From: the human T2T-CHM13v2.0 reference genome, Homo sapiens
Strand: one strand, 5' to 3'
NCBI RefSeq assembly: GCF_009914755.1
Contig: NC_060932.1
Length of the DNA: 64,000 bases
In this document: piece by piece, positions 1 to 26,119 of the stretch
How positions within the stretch are numbered: the first letter of the stretch is position 1
How the letters are laid out: each line of letters begins with the position of its first letter
Notes under the pieces: model-generated
Database searches by the model: none
The model's input: only the letters and a program-made list of their open reading frames with translations
Told to the model about the DNA's origin: nothing
Position numbers and translations under genes: made by a program

Positions 1-152
1 GAATTGCTTGAACCTGGGAGGTGGAGTTTGCAGTGAGCCAAGATCGCGCCATTGCACTCCAGCCTGGGCAACAGAGTGAGACTCCATCTCAAAAGAAAAA
101 AAGCAAATAAACAAACAAACAAAACAAAACAAAACAAAACAAAACAAAAAAA
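1..152 (+). mobile_element. Alu right arm with A-tail expanded into (AAAAC)n
   Basis: gaattgcttgaacctgggaggtggag...gagactccatctcaaaa followed by aaaac repeats. Confidence 0.95.
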
Positions 153-1325
153 CAACCAAACTGATAGCTTTCTTATATACCAGTAACACCTAATCAGAAA
201 ATATGAATGGAAAAAAATCTATTCAACAAATAGCAACAAGAAACAAGATTAAACCTTAGAAATGCAGAGTCCCTATAAAGAAAACTGTAAAACATCAAGG
301 AAACACTTGAGGACACTCATGTGGGAAAACATTTTTTGGGTAAGACCTCAAAAGCACAGGAACAAAAGCAAACTAGACAAATGGAATTACATCAACTAAA
401 AAGCTTCTGTACAGGAAAGGAAACAATCAGCAGAGTGAAGAAACAACATACAGAATGGAAGAAAATATTTACAAGCTATCCATCCGATAAGGGATTAATA
501 ACCAGAATGCAGAAGGGAGTCAAACAATTCAATAGAAAGAGACAACTAATCCGATTTAAAAACAGGTAAATGATCTGAGTAATTTATCAAAAAAAGACAA
601 TATGTATGGCCAACAAGCATATGAAAAAAACTAAAAATAGATCCACCATATGACCCAGCAATTCCACTGCTTGTTATATACCCAAAAGAAAGGAAGTCAG
701 TATATCAAAAAGATATCTGAACATACATGTTGACTGCAGCACTATTCACAATAGCTAAGATATGGAATCAACCGAAATGTACATCAAATAAATGGATACA
801 GAAAATGTGGTATATGTACACAATGGAATATGATTCAACTATAAAAATAAGGAAATTATGTCATTTGCAGCAACAGGGATGGAACTGGAGGTCATTATGT
901 TAATTGAAATAAGCCAGGTACAGAAAGACAAATATTGCATGTTTTCACTCGTATGTGTGAGTTAAAAAAGTTGGTCCCATGGAGGTAGAGGGTAGAATGA
1001 TGATTACCAGAGGATGGGAAGGGTGGGGTTGGGGGGAGGTATGAGATGAATAGAAGTGGGTTAATGACTACAAACATACAGTCAGATATAATGAATAAGT
1101 TCCAGTGTTTGATACCACGGTAAGATGACTACAGTTAATAATTTATTGTATATTTCAAAACAACCAGAAGAAGAGATGTGAAATGTTTCCAACACAAAAA
1201 ATGATGTTTGAGGTGACAGACATCCTAATTACCCTGATTTGATCATTATACATTGTATGCTATCCTTGTATCAAAATATCACATGTATCCCATAAATGTG
1301 TATAATTATTATATTCAATAAAAAA
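153..1325 (+). mobile_element. L1 3' fragment (L1M/L1MA-like; ORF2 end plus 3' UTR), decayed
   Basis: ORF 321-569 resembles L1 ORF2 (QLKSFCTGKETISRVKKQHTEWKKIF); L1 motifs gacccagcaattccact and ggatggaactggaggtcattatgttaa; ends in caataaaaaa. Confidence 0.85.
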
Positions 1326-1339
1326 GAACTTTAATAAAA

Positions 1340-1990
1340 ATACAGGTATATTTTTATTATTTCATGTGGGAAGGGCTGTTCTAAGCAAAATACCAAAAGC
1401 AAAAAGCAGAGCTCCACAGATCTGCAGCTTATAAATCAAAATCATATGCACATCAAAGCTACCAAACTCCAAAAATGGACCTAAAGGCATGCAACAATTT
1501 AGTATATGACAAAAGCGGTTTTTCAAATCAATGGGAAGATCAATGGTGTTAGAAATGGCTATGATTTAGAGGAAAAAAGGAATTCCAAAAGCTGTATTCC
1601 AAACTCACCCCACAATAAAATAAATTCCAGACGTATCCAACATTTTACAAGTACCACAGAAAAACAAGAGTTTATTTTAAAAATAATCTTGGAGTGGGGA
1701 AAGCCCTTTAAAACACAGCACAAAGCCCAAAATGCCTTAAGGCAAAATATTTGACTCCTAAAAATTTTAAATTTTCTATTTTGAAAAAGCCCAAACCAGA
1801 ATCAAACACCATAATCAGAGTCAAAAGACAAATTGAGAAGCATGTTTTCAACATACATGGAAAAAAATATGAGCTGGCAAATCACAAAGAAATACAAATG
1901 GCGAAAACACAAATGAAGGGATTTCAATCTCACCAATAAACGCAAAACGTCGACCTGGCAGGAATGCAGTGACCTGTCAAAGCCCACAGG
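1340..1990 (+). mobile_element. Highly diverged L1 fragments
   Basis: A-rich, with motifs such as aataaaataaattccagacg and gggaaagccctttaaaacacag resembling old L1 ORF2. Confidence 0.45.
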
Positions 1991-2579
1991 ACCAGAGTCC
2001 CGTCCAGGGCGGGAATGTCAATGGCAATCTCCCACCCTTACCCACTTCGTAGAGACCACCGGACAGAGAAACCTATGTCCAGAAGACAAGTTACGAACTG
2101 AAAAATCTGCGAGTACCCACCCGGCGGAGGACGAGTGGAGCGCCCCCTGCCGCCCCTGGTGTTAGTCAAACGACACCAGCTTCCCTTTGATGACAGAAAA
2201 AAGGGTGTGCGTGCGTGCCTAAAGCTCTAACGGCATTCAAAAATTCTGAAACTGTTCACAGCTCCTGCCTCTTCATACACTGGCAGAGTGTCGGGGGGGA
2301 TGACTTTTATATATTTCTGACATGCCTGCATTAGAAGAAGTATTGCATATTATTTTCAATTTTAAAATTAAGCCAATAAACAACAAGGAAAATATTTGCT
2401 GTGTTGCAAAGAGTTGGGCTCATTCATTAAAATAGGGCTCTAACACAGTAACAGAAAAGACAGCATCGACAGCAAAATGGGGAGAGGATAAGACACCCGG
2501 CAAGTAGCACACTCGACCAACTGCTGAAACGAAAGCAGCTCGTTTTCGTCTTGACGCGGGAAGACTTTTTATAGCTAAG

Positions 2580-4620
2580 TAAAGTGGCGCTCCCGGTGCG
2601 CCGCCGGGGTCTTCATGGGGCTCCTCAGGATGTGCATCAAACAGAAAAAACCTCCATTTTTATATTTTGGGGAAGCTCCCCACCCCTTTCCGGGCCCATC
2701 CCAGGGGACGCGAGACCCCGAGGAGCGCGGCAAGAAGAGCGGCCCGGGGGTCCGGACTGCGCCCCTAGGACTCCGGCCATCCTGGCCCTAGGCACGGCGC
2801 CCGGTAGAAAGCGCGCGGGAGGGCACGAGGGGGAGGAAGGCCGGAGATCTGAGGAGATCCAAGGTGGGAGGGACGCCGGTCTGACGGGGCCCAAGGGGGT
2901 AGGGGCGGGGAAGGGACCGAGGCCGTCCGAGGCGGACGGGGGTGCGGGAGGGCCTGAGGGGGTCCAAGGCCGGGCGAGGGGAAGGGTGGGAACCCCGAAC
3001 GGGGGAGAGGGCGCGGCCTTGGCCCTGGGGAGGAGGCCGCCGCGCGTCCGTGAGGGGAGGGGACCAGCGTAAACGCAGGAGGCAGTGCGTGCTCGCGGGG
3101 AAGAGTCCACGATTCGTGTGGAGGACGCACCGGCTCCGGTGTCCGTGATGGGAGAGGGTCCTGGCCGGCGACGACACGCGCCCCCCACTCACCGTCAGAG
3201 CCGCAGCCTCACGCGCGAAGGAACGGCATCCCGCAGCACCTTCAGACAAAGGGCTGCCCCGCCCCGTCTGCGCAGCCGCCAATCCCTGGGGGCTCCTGCC
3301 CCTCAGTTCCCGCCCCCACAGCCGAGTTCGCCAATCCTGGAGGGCAAGCATGTTTACGTCATTTGGCCCGCCTGCCCGCCCGAAGCCTTTCTCGGTGACC
3401 GACTGCAGGGAGCTCTCAGGAGCCACCGAGAGCCAGACCTCCGCGATCCCTAGAGGGGCCGAACACCTCTGGGCAATGGGCCCGGCCGGCTCCCCGGCCG
3501 CACTTCCGGGCGCGGAGGTTACAGCCCATCGCCGAGCCTTACCCGCTCGCAGTCCCGGTTCCCGAGCTCCTGCCGCCGTCGCCCTGTGGAGGACACCCCT
3601 GCCGGCCCCGCAGTCCCTCCTCGACTTGCGCTGGCTTCGGCCGTCCTGGAACTCGAGCTCGTTCCCCCCTCCGAGCCTTTTGCCCTTGCGGTTCCCGCTG
3701 CTGGGAACGACCTTGCCCTCAGCCGCCTGGCTGGTCCCTGCGCCGCTGCAGTGCGAATGTCGCCTTCTCAGGGGCCCTTTCTCTTCCTTCGTTGCAACAC
3801 TGAAGTCCTCTTGTTTGATGACTTGCGTGAGGTTATTCCTCCCACTTAGGAGGCTGAGTGCTGCGAGGTCCGAGGCGCAGCCGCTCTTCGCTGTGTCCGG
3901 CCCGGCGTGCTCCCGACAGGGGGCGTCACTGAACAGCGACCGTCTCCGTCGCCCACTCGGCCCTGGTGTTTGCTTTTTGGTGTGTTTACACCGCGCACCT
4001 GGGGGAGAGGGGCGGGCCTTCACGAGGGCGCGGGCCACACCCGTGTGGAGGCTTCGGGCACAGCCCAGGACCTGACAGCCGCGGCAGGGAGGGTGGGGCT
4101 GGTTTGGAGCGGTGTCAGGGGACGGGAAGGCTGACGCCTAGTCCACCTTCTGCTGGCCCCACTCCCGAAGGTCAGGTCCGCGTCGTCCATTGGGCGCGTG
4201 GGCGGGCCCAGACTCTCAAGAGGCTTCCCCACAGGGCGGGGCTGGGGGCTGCGTGGGGGCGGCGGGGAAGGCTTAAGGTTAGGGGGTAGGCTTGAAGCGA
4301 GTGCCCGGCCCGTGCTGTTGGGAGCGGAGGCCGGGAGGATGTGGCGATAATTCCGTACTTGCCGCGCACCAGGCAGACGCGAAGTCTGTGCTACGCTTCA
4401 GCGAACTTAGCAGCCCTTGCGGGCAGGGGTTCGCACTTCACGGAGCTACCATCCACCACGCGCGTTTCGAGCAATGGGCCCGTTGCCTGGCGCACTAGAA
4501 GCCAAAACGGTGGCACCAGTTTTTGAGAAAAGAGAAGGCTTTATTATTTCAAGGTCGACGGCCAAGGAGACCGGAGGCATGGCTCAAATGTGGCTCCCAC
4601 ATGTGGGCTTAGGTCAAAGT
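2580..4620. promoter_or_regulatory. CpG island promoter, probably of the minus-strand neighbour ZNF250
   Basis: Very high GC and CpG density; GC boxes (~3256-3265, ~3309-3316), CCAAT boxes (3279, 3331), ETS motif acttccgg (3502-3509). Gene identity is inferred from recalled 8q24.3 order; none of its coding sequence is in the window. Confidence 0.85.
3193..3255 (-). other. ZNF250: Putative non-coding first exon (ZNF250 by synteny)
   Basis: Strong minus-strand donor ACG|GTGAGT (intron starts 3192) about 60 nt downstream of a GC box/CCAAT pair. A second donor CGG|GTAAGG (intron starts 3542) may mark an alternative first exon. TSS position is a guess. Confidence 0.5.
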
Positions 4621-4955
4621 CGACGGGTTAGGGAGGACAGGTTGGCACACAGAAGTGCTGGCGGGCAGGTTTCAATAGGAGGGCTTTAAACTTGGCCATT
4701 TATGGTAAGGTGTGGAATGGCAGGTTTCAGCACCAGATCTTCCAGGATAATGGACCCTTCCCTTCTGAAAGCGTTCCGCCCCTCAAGCTCCGGTCATGTC
4801 CCTGTCTTCTTGGCTCCACAGGGAGGAAACGTTGGTTCCGAGTTATGATTTTCCTCCTTTGTGCATGTCCGGGTTACATGACTTTCAGTTTTGGCTCTGC
4901 TATACCTCCTGTTACCAACAGAATAGGGTCAGTTTGGGCCAGTCTTGTGGTTACA
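4463..4955 (-). mobile_element. ERV1 (MER4-group-like) solo LTR at the CpG island edge
   Basis: gagcaatgggcccgttgcc...gaagccaa...tttgagaaaagagaaggctttatt (antisense AATAAA); ends ...gtggttaca (TGTAA on minus). Confidence 0.6.
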
Positions 4956-5315
4956 CCTCAGTGTCACAGGATTTCCTCTGCCAAAGGGCTGTGAAGCTCA
5001 GGACCAAGGTAATCAAAATTCAGCTCTACTATTGGATTGTCCTGGATTGTTTTAGCAGTTGACAGGGATCAAGCTCTGTCCCAGCAACCTTGATCCCAAC
5101 AGAGAACTGATGCTCCTAGGACCTTCACCTCAGACCTCAGTGCATCCTGGTTTTTGTTTTTCTTCCTCCTCCACAACTTTTTTATTTTGCAAATGTTGAT
5201 ACATTCATAAAGGTTGAAAGAATAATACAATGAATACCTCCGTGCCCTTCACTTAGATTTAGCAGCTGACATCCTCTCTAGCACGTCCCTTCTGTGTCTC
5301 TGTCACTCTTTTTCC

Positions 5316-5450
5316 TTCAACAGCACAATGTTTATTGAGTGCTTGTGTGCTAAGCACTAAGTGTCGGGGCTACATCAGTGAACAAGCAAGTGCCTAACAA
5401 ATCCATGTCTTTCTGGACCATACATGTGAATGGAGACAGTAGGCAATACG
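5316..5450 (-). mobile_element. L2 3' end
   Basis: ttcaac...tttattgagtgcttgtgtgctaagcact...ggggctacatcagtgaacaag matches the L2 terminus in antisense. Confidence 0.75.
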
Positions 5451-5866
5451 CAGAATAAATGTAGGAATTACAGAGTGTGTCCAGAGATGGTGAGGACTAC
5501 AGAAGGTCTGGGCAGGTGCCATTGTGTCTGCTGGTTCACCTGGGCGACATGAGGCAGCAGCTGCCCCCTCTTCCTCTGGCTCCTTCAGCTCCAAGACTAA
5601 AGGCTCCAGCTTCTCCTATAGGGCAACAAAGGGGTTTCAGCGCATCCTGGGCTCCAGCTTGAGGTCACAGACCTCAACTTGTCTCTCCTCACTTTACATC
5701 CATCTTCCCTTCCCAACTGTCTGCCCTGTTCCAGCATCAGATGCAAAGACAACAGCCTTACAGGAACTGTTAACTATGTGCCACAATGGTGTAAGGCACA
5801 GTCCCTGCAACAAATCGTATATGATATATATAATATATATACACACAATTTACGTATCGTTCATGA

Positions 5867-6238
<372 letters not shown>

Positions 6239-6380
6239 TAACAACACAGAAGACTTATGTAGCCCCAAAATATATGGGGATTTCTCCTCATCAGCAAGCC
6301 ATCAATTCTACTGGGTGTCCTCCAGTTCAGCTCCTTCACTGTCTACCTGGAGATAGTGCCGGATCCCACAGGATGAGGGC

Positions 6381-6524
6381 TCAGTTCCCGACTCCCCAAT
6401 CCCCGACAGGAGTCACAGCCTGGGCCTCCAGAACTGATTGACTTCCTTCAAGTCAGTTCACGACTCCCCAGTCCCCGACGTGAGTCATAGCCCGGGCCTC
6501 CAGAACTGATTGACTTCCTTCAAG
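6381..6524. repeat. 72-bp tandem duplication inside the MER21-like LTR
   Basis: tcagttcc/acgactcccca...gggcctccagaactgattgacttccttcaag at 6381 and 6453. Confidence 0.9.
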
Positions 6525-6992
6525 TTGGGGTTTCCATGACTCCCTCTTTGGGTTTGATTTGCTAGAACAGCTCACGGAACTCAGGGAAACCCTTACTTAT
6601 GTTTGCCAGTTTATAATGAAGGATATTACAGAGGATACAAATAAAGAGATGTGTAGGGCAAGGCATGGGGAGAGGGGTGCAGAGCCTCTGTGCCCTTGCA
6701 GGGCACACAGCCCTCCAGGAACTTCCATGTGTTCGGCTCTCCAGAAGCTCTACAAACCCAGTCCTCTTGGGTTTTCATGGAAGCTTCATGACATCGATAT
6801 TTTTTCCACCAGGCTATGAGGTGGGACCCTCTCTGGAATGATGGTCTTATGACCCACAATCAGAGAGGTAGGGGAAGATTAGGGTCCTGCGGGCAGGAGG
6901 TCAGAGAGATTTTGTTCTCTGAAGCCTAATGCATCCAATGTTATAACAAACGAGTGTAACAAGGGCTATGGCAGTTATGAGCCAGAAACCAT

Positions 6993-6998
<6 letters not shown>

Positions 6999-7040
<42 letters not shown>
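6999..7040. repeat. (TG)n microsatellite
   Basis: ~21 GT units. Confidence 0.98.
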
Positions 7041-7043
<3 letters not shown>

Positions 7044-7601
7044 GAAAGAGAGAGAGAGACCAGAAGTGCTATGCTGGAAACTATTCTTTTGAGGTTGTGT
7101 TCACATTTTTTTTAACCAATTTAACATATTATGTTACTATCTCACTTAAGATTGGCATTGACTGTACAACAGAAAGCTGATTACAGTGGCTGAACCAAAT
7201 AGGTGGTTTTTTTTATGAGTCAATTTTTCTAGGAATACGGAGCCCATCCAAGGCCACACAATGCCACCAGGCCTCTAGGCTCCCCCTTTATTTTCCATTG
7301 GCCATCTTAATAAGCAGCTTTCATTTTTTTTTTTTTTTTTTGCCTCATGATTGCAAGAAGACTGCTTCATCACTAGAATCACATCCAGATTCCAGGCAGA
7401 AAGAGAAAAAACAAAAGACAAAATCAAATGTATGCTCAGCCAACCCCATGTCTTTCAGAACTGCACCCTGTGACTTTTACTTATGTATTTTTGGTCTAAA
7501 GTGTGTTACAAGACCAATTCTAGCTCCAAGGGTGATTAGGAAAATGTGTTTTTTCAGCTGGGTAAAGTGCCATGTTTAACATTAAAAATTGCCAAAAATC
7601 A

Positions 7602-8042
<441 letters not shown>

Positions 8043-8199
8043 TCAGTTTATCCTCAACCTAATTAATATGTACAACTGAGGATATTTAGAAATACTCTGT
8101 TCAGAGAAGAGAAATAAACATTTCTTATGGGGAAATATACTATAAGGCTGATAATAAATTGATTTTTAAAAATATATTTGACTGCTATGTCCTTACTGC

Positions 8200-11550
<3,351 letters not shown>

Positions 11551-12410
11551 ACATTTATCCCTAACCCATCATTTGCTTATATCAAATTTCCATAGGGGAG
11601 CAGTCTCCACAGTTGATGTTCTGACATTTGGAACTGCTCAGACCTTAGCCCATGGGCAGAGAAAACTCTGCACACAGAAGCCACATGGGGTCTCTGGGAG
11701 CCACGGTGCTCCCCACCCCTCCCCACACACAACAGGGGCTGGTGGTGACTGTGGTTCTTGACCCTCAAGCCTTAGGCGAGTGGTCCAGCTGAAATTTGCC
11801 CAGTAAAGGCCCTATTTTCCCCCCAGGCCCTGGAGCTTCTTTTGGAGGGTTCTGTTGGACTCAACAATGACACACAAAGCAGTACAGCTCAGAGCACATG
11901 CTGGCCAGCCAGCAGAGAGCTGGTGAATGAATATGCTGAGGCAATGGAAGCCATACCACTGGGTGGGGTGGTCATCACCCAGACATCTGCTGACAGTGCC
12001 GACTGTGTGGTTACCTGCAGACTCAGATGACCCACCCACAATTTTGAGACTGATGATGTCACACAAAAACATACACCCCAAGGGGGGTGTGAAAAGGTTT
12101 ATTTTATACATAATTGAGGGCAGCAGCGAGGCTTCCCAGGCAGGTCCAAAATGGCTTGAGACAGCAAGGAAAGGAGGCTGGACTGGGTTTTTATTGTGGT
12201 TGGGGGTGGGACTGATGGGAGGTTCCCACATACAGGCAGGGGCTTGTGTGGTTCGAATCTTCCAGTGTCACCAAAGGGAGCACCCAGGCTTTCTTACCAG
12301 TTTCCCCAGATGTGAGCACAAAGGAAAGAGGGAGGGTGAGACTTAAACACTGACAATTATCAAACATCAAAAAATGGCCCCAGATTGCTCATTATGCCAT
12401 GTGAGAAGTA

Positions 12411-12828
12411 TGTTTTGCAGGGAGCAGGTCTATGCAAATCTACCGCCAAAGGCAGAGAGAGATGAGAGGTCAAAGAAAGAGGCTGATAAGTCCAGTTTCC
12501 CAGAAGAAAACATTTAACAGGGACTTAGAAACAGAAGCAATGTCTTAGGCAGCTTTGAGATGATGGATCCCTGCACCTGCCCTCCAAAAAGTAGCAAGCT
12601 TTTTTGGTAAAACATGTGCAGCTGGTTATGTCTCAGACTTTCCTGCAAAACTTGTGACCAATGGGGAGGTTAGATAAGCATCCTTATGAGGGGTTATCTA
12701 TGCTACAGGCATTGTATAAAGACCTTGCTGCAGGACCCTTTGGTATGCAGGAGTCAACCACTGCTCATCATAGTGGTTTTGCCTCAAGAGGGCATCATTC
12801 TTGCCAGGCGACAGGCTATTTTCCTACA
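12411..12828 (-). mobile_element. ERVL-type LTR (LTR47-like), copy 1
   Basis: tgttttgcagggagcaggtctatgcaaatctacc...aagaaagaggctga...acaggctattttcctaca; TG...CA ends; colinear with 22996-23394. Confidence 0.7.
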
Positions 12829-13024
12829 CTCCACTCAGTGAAACCCACCCTTACAACCTCACATGCCCTCCTCTTCTGGAGGAGTCCCTGGGCACACAGG
12901 GAGAGTGCTTGATATATAGCTTTAGCCGCAGAGCATTGCCGACAGAAAACAGACTGGGCCCAGTAGGGTTCCAGAGGAGGGAGATTTGCCAGCTTCGTTG
13001 AATCATCTCTAGTCTTTGGAATAC

Positions 13025-15232
<2,208 letters not shown>

Positions 15233-15339
15233 AATACCATTTTTGTTTTCTCAGAAGAAGTAAAATGAGAGATATGTAACAATAACTTGAATAGTAGAAA
15301 TATAATGTGCAGAAAGATTACAATCAAAAAGAGAATCTG

Positions 15340-15467
15340 GGCTGTGTGTGGTGGCTAACACCTGTAATCCTAGCATTTTGAGAGGCCAAGCCAGGAGGAA
15401 TGCTTGAGGAGTTTGAGACCAGCTTTGGCGACATAATGAGACTCTGTCTCTATACACACACACAAAC

Positions 15468-15520
<53 letters not shown>

Positions 15521-15680
15521 CCGGGCATGGTAGCACACACCTGTAGTCTCAGCTACTGTGGAGGCTGAGATGTGAGGATCACTTGAGTCTGGGAGGTCAA
15601 GGCTGTAGCGAGCTGTGATTGTGCCATTGCACCCCAGCCTGAACAACAGAGTAACATCCTGTTTCTTTTTTTAAAAAAGA
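15340..15680 (+). mobile_element. Old Alu whose middle A-rich linker became a (CA)n microsatellite (15453-15517)
   Basis: Left arm, ~30 CA units, right arm tagccgggcatggtagc. Confidence 0.9.
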
Positions 15681-15699
15681 GAGACAGAGAGATAGAGGA

Positions 15700-22680
<6,981 letters not shown>

Positions 22681-22995
22681 CTTTTCTCTAATGACAATTC
22701 CTCCTCAAGCCATTTTACATTAACTTCTCCTGCTAGCTGGGCTCTGTCGCCAAATGGGCAGCCCACAGAAGTGGCCATCGCACTGCTATGGCTCACCGCC
22801 CTTCCTTACCACAGTATGACAGATGGCTCTCTATTCCCAATCCCCCTAAAGCCGCTGGCATTTTCAGGGAGTCCTCACACTCATGAGGTTGTCCACAAGT
22901 ACCTAAAAAGTGAGCTGCAGCACTGCACGTGGAAGTGACTGCCACTCTGGGGTTTCCCCCACCCATTTCTTGGTCTCTCAGCTGGGATTGCCAAA

Positions 22996-23394
22996 TGTTC
23001 CATGGTAAGCAGGTCTATGCAAACCTACCCCCAAAAGCTGAGAGGCTGAAGAAAGAGGCTGACAAATCCAGTTCCTCAGAAAATAAACATTTAATAGGAA
23101 TTTGCAAACAGAAGTGGTTTCAGGAGGCTTGGAGATAGTGGATCCCCACACCTGTCCTCCAGAAAGTATTGTTTATAGAGAAAGCTTTTTTGGTAAAACA
23201 TGTACAGCTGTCACATCTCAGACTTTCTTGCAAAATTCATGACTGCTGGAGAAGTTAGGTAAGCATCTTTGAGGGGTTATCTATGCTACAGGCATTGTGT
23301 AAAGACCTTGGTGCAGGAGTCAACCATTGGCCATTATGGTGATTTTGCTTGAAGATGACACCACTCCTGCTGTGCAACAGGCTGTTTTCCTACA
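22996..23394 (-). mobile_element. ERVL-type LTR (LTR47-like), copy 2
   Basis: tgttccatggtaagcaggtctatgcaaacctaccccc...acaggctgttttcctaca; colinear with 12411-12828. Confidence 0.7.
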
Positions 23395-23402
23395 GTAGAA
23401 TC

Positions 23403-23962
23403 ACAATGTGTAATCCTTCCTCCATACAGTATAAAGGGTATATCTCTGGATACAATGTGTAATCCTTCCTCCATGCAGTATAAAGGGTATATCTCTGGAT
23501 ACAATGTGTAATCCTTCCTCCATACAGTATAAAGGGTATATCTCTGGATACAATGTATAATCCTTCCTCCATACAGTATAAAGGGTATATCTCTGGATAC
23601 AATGTGTAATCCTTCCTCCATGCAGTATAAAGGGTATATCTCTGGATACAATGTGTAATCCTTCCTCCATGCAGTATAAAGGGTATATCTCTGGATACAA
23701 TGTGTAATCCTTCCTCCATACAGTATAAAGGGTATATCTCTGGATACAATGTGTAATCCTTCCTCCATGCAGTATAAAGGGTATATCTCTGGATACAATG
23801 TGTAATCCTTCCTCCATACAGTATAAAGGGTATATCTCTGGATACAATGTATAATCCTTCCTCCATACAGTATAAAGGGTATATCTCTGGATACAATGTG
23901 TAATCCTTCCTCCATACAGTATAAAGGGTATATCTCTGGATACAATGTGTAATCCTTCCTCC
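23403..23962. repeat. 49-bp minisatellite, 11.4 near-perfect copies
   Basis: Unit acaatgtgtaatccttcctccatacagtataaagggtatatctctggat starting at 23403, 23452 ... 23942. Confidence 0.99.
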
Positions 23963-24396
23963 TTGCTCATGTGTATTTTTCTGTCCATCTAAACTTGCTA
24001 AGGATTCTTTCATGCTCCTGCCAAAAATGGTCCTAGAGAGAGCTTAACAGACATTAAATCTCAGTTTGGAAGTGTTGTCCCTAGGGAACGTATTAAGTGG
24101 TGGAAATACATGTGATACATATTTTCCCTTTTTCAAATCTGCATTTTCTAGAATTATGTTGATTTTAAAATTTAAAAAAATTAAATTGGGCAAGTCACAT
24201 TTGAAATCTGGGCCACAACCCTTTCAAGGGCTTCTGTACAGCATGTGATGACACCACCTCAGTGCTGCAGTCCTGGGTAGGCCCCAGCCCCTGCATGAGG
24301 TGAGAAGGGATCACACATGACAGCTGAGGATTGGCAGCACCAGAGTGGGCAGGGGTGGGGGTGGGCACCAGTTGTCACTTGTTCACTGATTAAGCC

Positions 24397-24958
24397 TGTT
24401 ATAGGACCAACAGGTTTGTATGCTGGCTGCACAGTAACAGCCCAATGACACTGAGACAGCAGGGATGCAGCAGAGAGTTTAATTATTGCAGGGCACCAAG
24501 TAAGGAGATGGGAGGAGACCCTCAAATCCATCTGGGGTTTTTAAGGGGATCATGGAGGGCGAGGGGCTGGAAAATGGGGGTAGTTGATTGGCCAGGGCAA
24601 AGGGGATGACATCATCAGGACGTGGAAACTGCATTCTTTGGTGTGGTCAGCTCCTTGTGGCATCTTTCCGACCAGCTCAGTCAGTGGTCTTAAAAGTATG
24701 CAGGATCTGAAGGCGTATCTCAAAGGGAAAACTTAACATTTCATGATGTTCAAGTTGTTATCTACAGAGCAGTTCAAGGGAACTATAATCTAGGGCCTGT
24801 GTGATTCTAGGGCGTCGGCACCAAATGACTATGTGGAGGCATGTCAGGGAGTAGCTGACCTAATGATGAATGCTGAATGTGCTGCAAGCTTTGTTTATTT
24901 TCATTTCCCCCCCTCTTCTTCCCAGATTAATTTGATAAAGTTTATAGGGGCAGTTTCA
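24397..24958 (-). mobile_element. ERV1 (MER4-group) solo LTR
   Basis: tgttataggaccaacagg...ggggcagtttca; 4-bp TSD AGCC at 24393-24396 and 24959-24962. Confidence 0.85.
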
Positions 24959-25302
24959 AGCCATTTTACGAATACCATTCTGAGACACATGCAGCAGCTA
25001 GGGCAATGAGTGCATGGCAGGGGCCACATGGCCGCTGCTGGGAGAAAGGGAAGGACCTTTTACGGTGGAAGGTTTGGGGGTCAATACTCAGACTGTCAGT
25101 CCCAGCAGATGGAATGAGTGTCTCTTCTCTCCACCCTCCCCTCCTTTTTTGTTTCTCTTCTCCTCTCTCCAATTTCTCTGTTTCATGATCATGAAAGCCC
25201 AGTATTTGGTAAGTAATTATGATATTAAGTACTTATCTAAATAATTAAGGGTCTTTTGAGAAAAATAATTAGTCTACTAAGATTTTTATTTTAAGAAAGA
25301 AA

Positions 25303-25630
<328 letters not shown>

Positions 25631-26119
25631 CTAAACAGAGACATCTCAGGCTCATGGAGTCAGTAAATGTATGACCTAGGCTTTCTCCATCATATGGACT
25701 TGGTATTTGTTCCCTGAGAAACACATTGCTGAGGACATCACCAAGGTCAAAAGGAAGAAACAAATTTGTGATTCACAGAAATTTCAAGACTATTTCTCTT
25801 TGGAAACGTGACGACGTACTGAAATTAAAATTCCCTAGGCTTTGGATGAAGCACCCCAACATGTGTCAAATCTGGCTGGATGCTGGGCAGCACCAGAGAC
25901 CAGGAGGAGCTGGTCATTTACTTGTCCTAGGCAGCACCTTCCTGTGGCCCCTGCACAGTCCACTGCATCCATCAGTGTGGCCACTACCCTGTGCCTCAGC
26001 TGCAGTGGGTGTCCTGGTGGCCGTCTCCCAGTGGCATTGAGGTGAGGGGAAGGGCGGACTCACGGGAAGAAACGGAGTTAGAAGGGAGCAAACACAGTCA
26101 GGAATGCACAATCTCTTCT

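Noticed and set aside
2584-4530. Many overlapping ORFs up to 416 aa in the left CpG island, including a faint KRAB-like stretch QVIKQEDFSVATKEEK
   Set aside because: Low-complexity R/G/P/A frames expected from high GC; key KRAB residues and splice context are missing
23334-24013. Three ~200-aa minus-strand repeat ORFs and a CRISPR-like regular spacing
   Set aside because: Products of a stop-free 49-bp tandem unit; no unique spacers or cas genes, and the DNA is human
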